Source: Phycisphaerales bacterium (GTDB lineage Bacteria > Planctomycetota > Phycisphaerae > Phycisphaerales > UBA1924). From it: a DNA stretch of 64,000 bases. Under the pieces are notes generated by a model, which worked only from the letters and a program-made list of their open reading frames with translations, had not been told where the DNA came from and ran no database searches. A program made the position numbers and the translations under genes. Numbering within the stretch: the first letter of the stretch is position 1; each line of letters starts with the position of its first letter. This document shows, piece after piece, positions 19,109-26,301 of the stretch. The stretch lies in NCBI GenBank assembly GCA_041402005.1, contig JAWKTB010000001.1, forward strand, positions 147,740 to 211,739, given 5' to 3'.

Positions 19109-20443
19109 GTGTCCGACACGATCGCCGCCATCGCTTCACCCCCCGGGCGCGCCGCCCGCGCGGTTGTTCGTCTCTCGGGCCCGGGCGTCGCCGACGCGCT
19201 CGCCACACTCCTCGACCACGATCCCGCAAGGCGCGGCGCATACACGTCCCGACTCCGGCTCAATGAAGCCCTCTCGCTGCCCGTCCTCGTCCTCCGCTTC
19301 GTCGCGCCGAGTTCGTACACCTCGGAGGACGCCGCCGAGCTGCTTCTCCCAGGCTCGTCGGCGCTGGCGAGGCGTGTACTCGACCGCCTGCTCGCACTCG
19401 ACGGCGTACGCGCCGCCGAGCCGGGCGAGTTCAGCGCCCGCGCCTACCTCAACGGACGTCTCACGATCGAGCAGGGCGAGGGCGTCGCCCGCCTGATCGC
19501 CGCCGAGACCGACGCGCAGCTCGACGCCGCCCGCGACCTGCTCGCGGGGCGCATCGGCGAGACCTACCGCGCCTGGGCGAACGAGCTGACCGATCTGCTC
19601 GCCCTGGTCGAGGCCGGCATCGACTTCACCGACCACGAGGACGTCACGCCGATCGAGCCTCGCGAGCTGCACGCCCGCCTCGGTGCTCTCCGGGTGTCGA
19701 TCGAGAACGCGCTCTCGGGCGCCAATCCCACGGCGTCCGATCCCGAGGGGCCGCTCGTCGTCCTGGTCGGCGCGCCCAACGCCGGCAAGTCCACCCTCTT
19801 CAATGCCCTGCTCGGGCGCCCGCGAGCGGTGGTGAGCGAGCGCGCCGGCACGACCCGCGACGCCCTGATCGAGCCCCTCGACCTCTCGCGCGACGCCCCG
19901 GACGCCGCCATTGTCCGCCTCGCTGATCTGCCCGGCCTCGACCCGCACACGTCGGGCGCGATCGATGGACGGGCCCAGCACGCCGCGCTCGACAACATCG
20001 CGAAGGCCGACGCCTTGATCCAGTGTGACCCCACCGGGCGCTTCGCGCCGATCGCCGAGGCGCGACCCAACACGCCGACCATCCGCGTCCGCACCAAGGC
20101 CGACCTTCCCGCCACGTCGACGACGAGCAACGCGAGCCGTGGGGTCGCAATCGAGGTGTGCGCCCTGGACGGGTACCACCTGAGCGCCCTGCGACGAGCG
20201 ATCGCCGACGTCGCGTTCGCCTCGGGCGCCCCCAACCTCGTCCCGCGTCACCGGGGCGCCCTCGCCCGAGCCTCGCGAGCCCTGGGCGAGGCGATGACGC
20301 TCTCGGGCGACGATTCCCCCGACCCCGCCCCGACCGCCGGCGCCATGCGTGACGCCCTCGACGCCCTGGGCGAGTTGTGCGGACGCATCTCCCCCGACGA
20401 CGTCATCGCCCGCGTCTTCGCGACCTTCTGCGTCGGCAAGTGA
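19109..20443 (+). CDS. mnmE: tRNA modification GTPase MnmE
   Basis: [12 protein letters not shown]1 [23 protein letters not shown]-terminal FCVGK. GTG start. Classical position downstream of yidC. Confidence 0.9.
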   Translation: MSDTIAAIASPPGRAARAVVRLSGPGVADALATLLDHDPARRGAYTSRLRLNEALSLPVLVLRFVAPSSYTSEDAAELLLPGSSALARRVLDRLLALDGVRAAEPGEFSARAYLNGRLTIEQGEGVARLIAAETDAQLDAARDLLAGRIGETYRAWANELTDLLALVEAGIDFTDHEDVTPIEPRELHARLGALRVSIENALSGANPTASDPEGPLVVLVGAPNAGKSTLFNALLGRPRAVVSERAGTTRDALIEPLDLSRDAPDAAIVRLADLPGLDPHTSGAIDGRAQHAALDNIAKADALIQCDPTGRFAPIAEARPNTPTIRVRTKADLPATSTTSNASRGVAIEVCALDGYHLSALRRAIADVAFASGAPNLVPRHRGALARASRALGEAMTLSGDDSPDPAPTAGAMRDALDALGELCGRISPDDVIARVFATFCVGK

Positions 20444-20444
20444 C

Positions 20445-20500
20445 TCCCCCCCCCTCGGTGGGATGGGCGTCCCGCCCGTCTCCCCTCTTCCTCTGTCTTT
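20445..20500. repeat. repeat family A (core GGCGTCCCGCCCGT), copy 1, immediately after the mnmE stop
   Basis: ctccccccccctcggtgggatgggcgtcccgcccgtctcccctcttcctctgtctttc. Hairpin followed by a C/T-rich tail. Confidence 0.8.
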
Positions 20501-20507
20501 CGGATCT

Positions 20508-20966
20508 TCACGACCCCAGCAGCGCCTCCACGAACGCCCCCAAATACCGCTCGACGAACGCGTCCACCGCCCACCCCGTCGCGACGGCGTCCACCCCCCA
20601 GCAGCACACGACCGGCTCACTCATCTCGGGGTCCGCCTGCACGATCAGCACGTCGTCCACGACGTAGGCGCTGGGCGTCTTGTCCCCCAGGTACGCCGAC
20701 AGCGCGTTCCGCTCCGGGCGCCCGATCGACACCGTCGGCCTCGCCCGCAGCTCGTCGTGGTTGAGGTACCACAGATCCGTGCACACGACCGGGCGGACCA
20801 GCTCGCCCGCGCCGCGCTCGACGAGTCTCGTCCCGATCGTCCGCGCCAGCCGCTCCGCGACCGGTCGGTCGTACACCTCCGCGTCGAGGCTCGAGCCGAC
20901 GACGATCGGCGCCGCCTGCTCGGGCAGGATTCTCGGCTCGGCGATCTCCCTCGCCCCCGCGTCCAT
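20508..20966 (-). CDS. hypothetical protein
   Basis: 152-aa ORF with ordinary amino-acid composition, convergent with mnmE and divergent from clpS. No motif recognised. Confidence 0.4.
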   Translation of the reverse strand: MDAGAREIAEPRILPEQAAPIVVGSSLDAEVYDRPVAERLARTIGTRLVERGAGELVRPVVCTDLWYLNHDELRARPTVSIGRPERNALSAYLGDKTPSAYVVDDVLIVQADPEMSEPVVCCWGVDAVATGWAVDAFVERYLGAFVEALLGS

Positions 20967-21064
20967 GCCGAACCCTCCTCGACCCGGTCATCCCCAAGCG
21001 CGCCGCGTGACGCACGTCCCGCCGCGTCCGGTACACTCTACGTGCTCCAGCCACGGAGGGCGCC

Positions 21065-21385
21065 ATGAGCCAGTCAGCGGACAACCAGGGTCACCAGGCA
21101 CGCGGAAGCGCGGCGGTCAAGGAAAGCCCCGCCCCGCCCCGCCTCGACCGCCTCCCGTCCTATCGGGTCCTGCTCCACAACGACGACGTCAACAACATGC
21201 TCGAGGTCGTGGACGCGATCCTCGAGCTGACCACCCTCAAACGCACCCGGGCCTTCGAGATCATGATGACCGCCCACACCCAGGGCGTCAGCCTGATCCT
21301 CCTGACCCACAAGGAACGCGCCGAGCTCTACCGCGACCAGTTCCACTCAAAGCGCCTGACCGTCACGATCGAGCCCAACGACTAG
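21065..21385 (+). CDS. clpS: ATP-dependent Clp protease adaptor ClpS
   Basis: YRVLLHNDDVNNMLEVVDAILE...AFEIMMTAHTQGVSLILLTHKERAE matches the ClpS core. Confidence 0.85.
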   Translation: MSQSADNQGHQARGSAAVKESPAPPRLDRLPSYRVLLHNDDVNNMLEVVDAILELTTLKRTRAFEIMMTAHTQGVSLILLTHKERAELYRDQFHSKRLTVTIEPND

Positions 21386-21395
21386 GCGACCCCAC

Positions 21396-21450
21396 TCCTC
21401 CCCCTCGGTGGTACAGGCGTCCCGCCTGTCCTATCCCGTCTTCCTTTCCC
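21396..21450. repeat. repeat family A, copy 2, about 10 nt after the clpS stop
   Basis: ctcctccccctcggtggtacaggcgtcccgcctgtcctatcccgtcttcctttccc. Same orientation as copy 1. Confidence 0.8.
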
Positions 21451-21710
21451 GCACGCCCCGGCGCAGGCCGCACATCCCGCGCGCACGCCCCGGCACGGCG
21501 CGTCCGCGTCAAGCGACCACGCGCGCCGCCCGTCCTTTTCCACGTTCTCGCCCCGTCCCATCCGAGGCAATCGCGCCGGGTCTCGCACACGCGCTCAACG
21601 GACACGCCGGTCGCGTTCGAGGCCAGCGCCGGTCAAGGTCGACGCCCCGCCCGTCGATCCTCCTCGCCTGTCGCCGGGGAAGTCTCGGCGCACGCTGAGG
21701 GGACACGCAC

Positions 21711-22193
21711 ATGCCGATTCGTCTGGGCGACCTCCTGGTCCTCAAGGGTGTCATCACCGAGCAAGAGAAGCAGCAGATCCTGGGCGCCCAAGTCGGGCGG
21801 GCACGCCCCTTCGGCGCCCTCGCCGAGGAGATGTTCGGCGTCAGCCCGGAGGACATCGAGGAGGCCTGGGGCCAGCAGTACGCCCACCTCGCCGAGCGCC
21901 TCAACCCCGCCACCGCCACCGCCCATCCCATGACCCGCTCGTTCATCGACCGCCGCCAGGCGTGGCAGTTCAGGGTCGTCCCCATCCGCTTCGACGGCAC
22001 CGAGCTCGTCTGCGTCACCACCCCAGAAGACCTCGCCCGCGCTATGCGCTTCGTCGGCTGGGCGATCGACCGCCCCGTCCGCTTCGCGATCTGCGACGAA
22101 GAGAAGATGCTCGCCGGCCTTGAGCGTCTGTACCCGATGCGCGCCGCCGCCACGGGCGTCACCGAGACCGTCGCCCGCCTCGCCGCGAGCTAG
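21711..22193 (+). CDS. GspE/MshE N-terminal-domain (T2SSE_N)-like protein
   Basis: MPIRLGDLLVLKGVITEQEKQQILGAQ resembles the T2SSE_N opening helix pair (RLGELLV..G.IT..QL..AL). A second half is like ...VVPIRFDGTELVCVTTPEDL. No ATPase domain. Confidence 0.5.
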   Translation: MPIRLGDLLVLKGVITEQEKQQILGAQVGRARPFGALAEEMFGVSPEDIEEAWGQQYAHLAERLNPATATAHPMTRSFIDRRQAWQFRVVPIRFDGTELVCVTTPEDLARAMRFVGWAIDRPVRFAICDEEKMLAGLERLYPMRAAATGVTETVARLAAS

Positions 22194-22195
22194 TC

Positions 22196-22264
22196 GCGCC
22201 CTCCCTCCCTCTCCCCTCTGGGGAGAGGGCCGGGGTGAGGGGCTCTCCGTCTTCCCTTCCCTCC
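22196..22264. repeat. palindromic repeat, family B, copy 2
   Basis: gcgccctccctccctctcccctctggggagagggccggggtgaggggctctccgtcttcccttccctcc. Begins 3 nt after the stop of 21711-22193. Confidence 0.85.
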
Positions 22265-22319
22265 CGCGCCTCCACCGAAGAACCCGGACGCGATCACCGC
22301 GCCCCCTACACTTCCCGCC

Positions 22320-24107
22320 TTGACCGCGACGACCCCCAAACCCTCCGCCGACAACGAGATCCGCACGGTCTCGTTCGTCTCTTTGGGCTGTCCCAAGAAC
22401 CTCGTGGACTCCGAGAAGATGCTCGGCCTGCTCGCCGAGGACGGCATCGCCCCAGTCTCCGCCGACGCCGGCGAGGACAACGAGCACGACGACCTCTCCC
22501 TCTCCGGCTCCGAGCAGGACTCGGGCGCGACGAGCGGTCGCGTCACCCCCGCCGACGCCGTCGTCATCAACACCTGCGGCTTCCTCGAAGCCTCCAAACA
22601 AGAATCCCTGGGCGTCGTCCGCGAGGCCATCGCCCTCAAGGATGCGGGCCAGATCAAGCGTGTCGTCGTCGCCGGGTGCCTCGTGCAGCGCCACCGCGCC
22701 AAGATGCTCGACTGGGCCCCCGGCATCGACGCGATGGTCGGCGTCTTCGACCGAGACAAGATCCTCGAAGCAGTCCGTGGCGAACGCGCCGAGCGCGAAA
22801 CCCTCGAAGACGCGGCGCAGAAAGGCCCCAACTACTGGATCAGCGCCAACGCCCTCGTCAAAGCCAAAGCCCACGGTTTGCAAACCGTGGGCCTCTCCGT
22901 CAACGGCAAAGACGGCAAGGGCGTCGGCTACTTCGAGTCCGACTCGGCCCGCCTCCGCCTCACCCCGCGCCACTACGCCTACCTGCGCATCAGCGAGGGC
23001 TGCAACCAGAACTGCGCCTTCTGCACCATCCCCTCCATCCGCGGCAAGATGCGCTCCAAGCCCATCGACCGCATCGAAGCCGAAGCACGCGAACTCCTCC
23101 GCGACGGCGCCTTCGAACTCCTCCTCATCGGCCAGGACACCACCAGCTTCGGCGACGACATCGGCATCGGCCTCCCCCCCCTCGTGGCACGGGCGTCCCG
23201 CCCGTGTTCTTCTTCTTCCTCTTCTATCCCGGGCGCTTCTCACGGGCGGGACGCCCGTGCCACGGAAGACCTCTTCTCCGCCGGCCTCCCCAAGCTCCTC
23301 AAAGCTCTCTCCGACGCCTCGCGCCAGGAAGCCAAGCACGCCTGGCTCCGCCTCATGTACGCCTACCCCTCCAACTTCACCGACCCCATCATCGACGCCT
23401 TCGCGCAGCTGGTCGCGGAAGGCAATCTCCTCCCCTACATCGACATCCCCCTCCAGCACGCCTCCGACAACGTGCTCACCGCCATGCGCCGCAACGTCAG
23501 CGCGAGCCAGCAGCTCGAGCTCATGCACAAGCTCCGCGACCGCATCCCCGGCATGGCCATCCGCACCACCTTCGTCACCGGCTTCCCGGGCGAGACCGAG
23601 GACGACCACGACGAGCTTCTCGAGTTCATCGAGGAGGTCGGCTTCGACGCCGTCGGGTGCTTCCGGTACTCGCGCGAGGAGGGCACGGTCGCCGGTCGCA
23701 TGGAGCTCGACCCGAAGCTCGCGGTCCCCGAAGAGATCAAGCAGCGCCGCCACGACGAGATCATGGAGCTCCAGCAGCAGATCGCCCATGAGCAGGCGGC
23801 CTACCTCGCCGAGCAGTTCGACCCCGCCAACCCAACTGACTCCGGCTGCCACTTCGACGTCCTCATCGACCGCCCCTCCCCCGCTCTCAGCGGGGGAGGT
23901 CTCTCGCGAAGTGAGACGGAGGGGGTCTATCAAGGCCGCACCTACTTCCAAGCCCCCCAGATCGACGCTGTCACCTATGTCCACGCGCGCGAACGCCTCT
24001 CCCCCGGCGAACTCGTCCGGTGCGCCATTATCGCCTCCGACGGCTACGACCTCATCGCCCGCCCCGTCACCGAGCTCGAACGCAAGGTCTCCCTCCCCCT
24101 CGCATAG
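22320..24107 (+). CDS. rimO: ribosomal protein S12 methylthiotransferase RimO, with in-frame repeat insertions
   Basis: VSFVSLGCPKNLVDSEKM, VVINTCGF, TPRHYAYLRISEGCNQNCAFCTIPSIRG (radical-SAM CxxxCxxC), LPYIDIPLQHAS, TTFVTGFPGETE, and a C-terminal TRAM domain. It is 595 aa, about 150 aa longer than E. coli RimO as I recall it. Confidence 0.9.
   Translation: MTATTPKPSADNEIRTVSFVSLGCPKNLVDSEKMLGLLAEDGIAPVSADAGEDNEHDDLSLSGSEQDSGATSGRVTPADAVVINTCGFLEASKQESLGVVREAIALKDAGQIKRVVVAGCLVQRHRAKMLDWAPGIDAMVGVFDRDKILEAVRGERAERETLEDAAQKGPNYWISANALVKAKAHGLQTVGLSVNGKDGKGVGYFESDSARLRLTPRHYAYLRISEGCNQNCAFCTIPSIRGKMRSKPIDRIEAEARELLRDGAFELLLIGQDTTSFGDDIGIGLPPLVARASRPCSSSSSSIPGASHGRDARATEDLFSAGLPKLLKALSDASRQEAKHAWLRLMYAYPSNFTDPIIDAFAQLVAEGNLLPYIDIPLQHASDNVLTAMRRNVSASQQLELMHKLRDRIPGMAIRTTFVTGFPGETEDDHDELLEFIEEVGFDAVGCFRYSREEGTVAGRMELDPKLAVPEEIKQRRHDEIMELQQQIAHEQAAYLAEQFDPANPTDSGCHFDVLIDRPSPALSGGGLSRSETEGVYQGRTYFQAPQIDAVTYVHARERLSPGELVRCAIIASDGYDLIARPVTELERKVSLPLA
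22869..22892. repeat. perfect 24-nt palindrome inside rimO
   Basis: gcccacggtttgcaaaccgtgggc is its own reverse complement. It is translated as AHGLQTVG. Confidence 0.9.
23171..23270. repeat. repeat family A, two inverted arms, inside rimO
   Basis: Arm gtggcacgggcgtcccgcccgtg (23184-23206) and its exact reverse complement cacgggcgggacgcccgtgccac (23241-23263), separated by a C/T-rich spacer. Translated as LVARASRPCSSSSSSIPGASHGRDARAT. Confidence 0.9.
23873..23927. repeat. palindromic repeat, family C, copy 2, inside the rimO TRAM-domain region
   Basis: cccctcccccgctctcagcgggggaggtctctcgcgaagtgagacggagggggtc, translated as PSPALSGGGLSRSETEGV. Its twin lies at 18880-18934. Confidence 0.85.
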
Positions 24108-24131
24108 TCTCGGATCCGTCGGGATCGCGTG

Positions 24132-24238
24132 CCCCACGACTCGAAGACTCGTCGTGGGCGTGAATAGATGTTCTCAACCCGGTTGTGGGATTCGGTTGCA
24201 TGTCAGGTACGCCCACGACGAGTCTTCGAGTCGTGGGG
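24132..24238. repeat. REPIN: two identical 30-nt REP sequences in inverted orientation
   Basis: ccccacgactcgaagactcgtcgtgggcgt (24132-24161) and its exact reverse complement (24209-24238), with a 47-nt spacer. It lies between the rimO stop and the RAYT stop. Confidence 0.9.
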
Positions 24239-24250
24239 TTTCCCTCCTCA

Positions 24251-24784
24251 TCAATCGCCCAACCCCGGAATCGGATCCCGGAACGTCCACACGCTTGCGT
24301 GCTCCAGACGCCCATGCTCGACGATGTAGTCGAATACCCGGGCGTGGTGCTCCCGTGACCGGATCGTCACGACGTGACACCGCCTCGACCAGAGTCCACC
24401 CGGGAAGCGGTCACGCAGCGCGTGCGACGACGCCCGTTTGAGGCGTCCGACCTCGCGCCCTACGTCGCGACCCTCGAAGTTCGCGAGGAGGTGAGCATGG
24501 GTCGCGCTGACGCTCAGCACGAGCGTCTCCAACTCGATTGCTTCGATCTTCTCGAGCGATTCCCGAAGCGCGCCCCATCGATCCCCAATGCCCAGCGCGA
24601 CGCGAGGACGAGTCATCCGCGCCCTGGCATGCCTTTGCAGCCCCGCGTGCTCCCCCTTGGAAGGCGGACGCCTGTAGTCCCCCGACGAGTGGACCCTGTG
24701 ATCGTGGTCCCGGAACCCCCGTGGATCACCCGGGAGCCACGACCCATACGTGGACCAGATCACGTGCTTCCAGTCCCGCGCCAT
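24251..24784 (-). CDS. REP-associated tyrosine transposase (RAYT, IS200/IS605 Y1 HUH family)-like protein
   Basis: MARDWKHVIWSTYGSWLPGDPRGF (typical N-terminus of this family), HUH motif in LSVSATHAHLLANF, candidate catalytic Tyr in ARVFDYIVEHG. Flanked on both sides by the same REP. The track ORF (to 24943) is over-extended across a REP; I chose ATG at 24784. Confidence 0.7.
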   Translation of the reverse strand: MARDWKHVIWSTYGSWLPGDPRGFRDHDHRVHSSGDYRRPPSKGEHAGLQRHARARMTRPRVALGIGDRWGALRESLEKIEAIELETLVLSVSATHAHLLANFEGRDVGREVGRLKRASSHALRDRFPGGLWSRRCHVVTIRSREHHARVFDYIVEHGRLEHASVWTFRDPIPGLGD

Positions 24785-24806
24785 CGCGCGAGAGTACCCG
24801 AACGGA

Positions 24807-24836
24807 CCCCACGACTCGAAGACTCGTCGTGGGCGT
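24807..24836. repeat. REP copy upstream of the RAYT gene
   Basis: ccccacgactcgaagactcgtcgtgggcgt, identical to 24132-24161. Confidence 0.9.
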
Positions 24837-24948
24837 ACGCAGAGACCCGCCATGCCCCAGGCGTCACGGCGAGCCCCCGAGTTGTGGGGTCTCCCCCGTG
24901 CCCCGGGCTCTTTGGAGCCCCCGACCTCACCCGCCCGATCCAAGAGGC

Positions 24949-26301
24949 ATGCTCCGCCCCGGGCAATCTGTGATGCTGTGCGCGCTCGCCCTGCTCACGC
25001 TCGGCGTGGTCATGGTCAACTCCGCCGCCATGCGGGTGGACCCGATCGACGTCGCCGCCCCGGGCGTGCACGCCTCGACCGACCCCTCGGTCGTGACGCG
25101 CGAGGGCATCACCGCCCGCTCGATCCTGCTCTCGCGCTCCACCCTGTACATGGCGGTCGCCGTCGGCGCGATGGGCCTGGCCTCGCGCCTCCCGGTCCGC
25201 CGCCTGGCCAAGCGTCTGGAGACGACTCCCTGGCCCAAGCCCTTGGGCGAGGTCGGCTGGCTCGCCGCCGGGGCCTTGAGCATCATCGCTGTGCTCGGTC
25301 TCGTCTACGTCCCGGGCATCCAGCGCGTCGTCAACGGCTCGGCTCGCTGGATCACACTCCCGATCCCCGGCCTCGAGTCCTTCCAGCCCTCCGAGGTCGC
25401 CAAGTGGGCGATCGTCCCCTTGCTCGCCTGGTACGCCGCCCGGCGCGCCACCTCGGGAACCGTCAAGGGCGGCATGCGCGAGTTCTGGAAGGGCCTGGCC
25501 CCCGCGATCGTCTGCCTCGCCGCCGTCGCGGGCATGATCGTCCTCGAAGACCTTGGCACCGGCGCGCTCATCGCGATGGTGGGGGCGATCGTGCTGCTCG
25601 CCGCGGGCGCACGCCTGTGGCACTTCCTGATGTTCGTCCCGCCCGCCGCCGCCGCCGTCACCCTCGCGATCCTCCAGAGCCCGTACAGAGTCCAGCGGAT
25701 CATCACCTTCATCGACCCCTTCGCCGACCCCCAGGGCGCGGGCTACCACATGATCCAGTCGATGTCCACGGTCGCCGGGGGTGGCATCTTCGGGCGCGGC
25801 CTCGGGCACGGGCTCCAGAAGTTCGGGTATCTCCCGGAGGACACGACCGACTTCCTCTTCGCCGTCATCTGCGAGGAGCTTGGCCTCGCGGGCGCGATGC
25901 TCGTGATCTGCCTGTACGCCGCCATCGTCTTCAGCGCCGTCAAGGTCGTCCGGCGCGCGGACCTGCTCACGCTCAAGCTCGTCGCGATCGGCGTCGCCGC
26001 CACCGTGACGATCCAGGCCCTCATCAACATGGCGGTCGTCACGGGGCTGGGCCCGACCAAGGGCATCGCCCTGCCGCTGCTCTCGTCGGGCGGGACGGGC
26101 TGGATCCTGACCGCGACGATGCTCGGCGTGCTCGCCGCCATCGACCGCAGCGCGCCCGAGACCGAGGACGAACCGGAGCTGGTCGTGCGAGCCCGGATGC
26201 CCCGTGAGCCCTCGCGTCCCGCGACGATCGCGCCATCAGGCCCCGTGCTCGAGCCCGTCGTCGTCAAGCCGCGCGTTCGTCTGGCACACCCCAAGCCATG
26301 A
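24949..26301 (+). CDS. ftsW: SEDS-family peptidoglycan glycosyltransferase FtsW/RodA
   Basis: FQPSEVAKWAIV, PEDTTDFLFAVICEELGL, GPTKGIALPLLSSGGTG. The track ORF (24538) is over-extended; I chose ATG 24949. Confidence 0.85.
   Translation: MLRPGQSVMLCALALLTLGVVMVNSAAMRVDPIDVAAPGVHASTDPSVVTREGITARSILLSRSTLYMAVAVGAMGLASRLPVRRLAKRLETTPWPKPLGEVGWLAAGALSIIAVLGLVYVPGIQRVVNGSARWITLPIPGLESFQPSEVAKWAIVPLLAWYAARRATSGTVKGGMREFWKGLAPAIVCLAAVAGMIVLEDLGTGALIAMVGAIVLLAAGARLWHFLMFVPPAAAAVTLAILQSPYRVQRIITFIDPFADPQGAGYHMIQSMSTVAGGGIFGRGLGHGLQKFGYLPEDTTDFLFAVICEELGLAGAMLVICLYAAIVFSAVKVVRRADLLTLKLVAIGVAATVTIQALINMAVVTGLGPTKGIALPLLSSGGTGWILTATMLGVLAAIDRSAPETEDEPELVVRARMPREPSRPATIAPSGPVLEPVVVKPRVRLAHPKP

Noticed and set aside
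21633-24137. 834-aa minus-strand ORF
   Set aside because: It is antisense to the GspE_N-like gene and rimO. It has the same Arg/Gly/Asp-rich composition and no domain motifs.
18880-24240. Possibility that the recurring short GC-rich repeats form a CRISPR array
   Set aside because: The copies belong to several unrelated families. They are palindromic, kilobases apart, irregularly spaced, partly inside genes and in mixed orientation. No cas genes are present.
24107-24949. A complete IS200/IS605 element (tnpA plus tnpB) or other IS around the RAYT gene
   Set aside because: There is no tnpB-like ORF and there are no terminal IS structures other than the REP hairpins. The architecture fits a domesticated single-copy RAYT rather than an IS.
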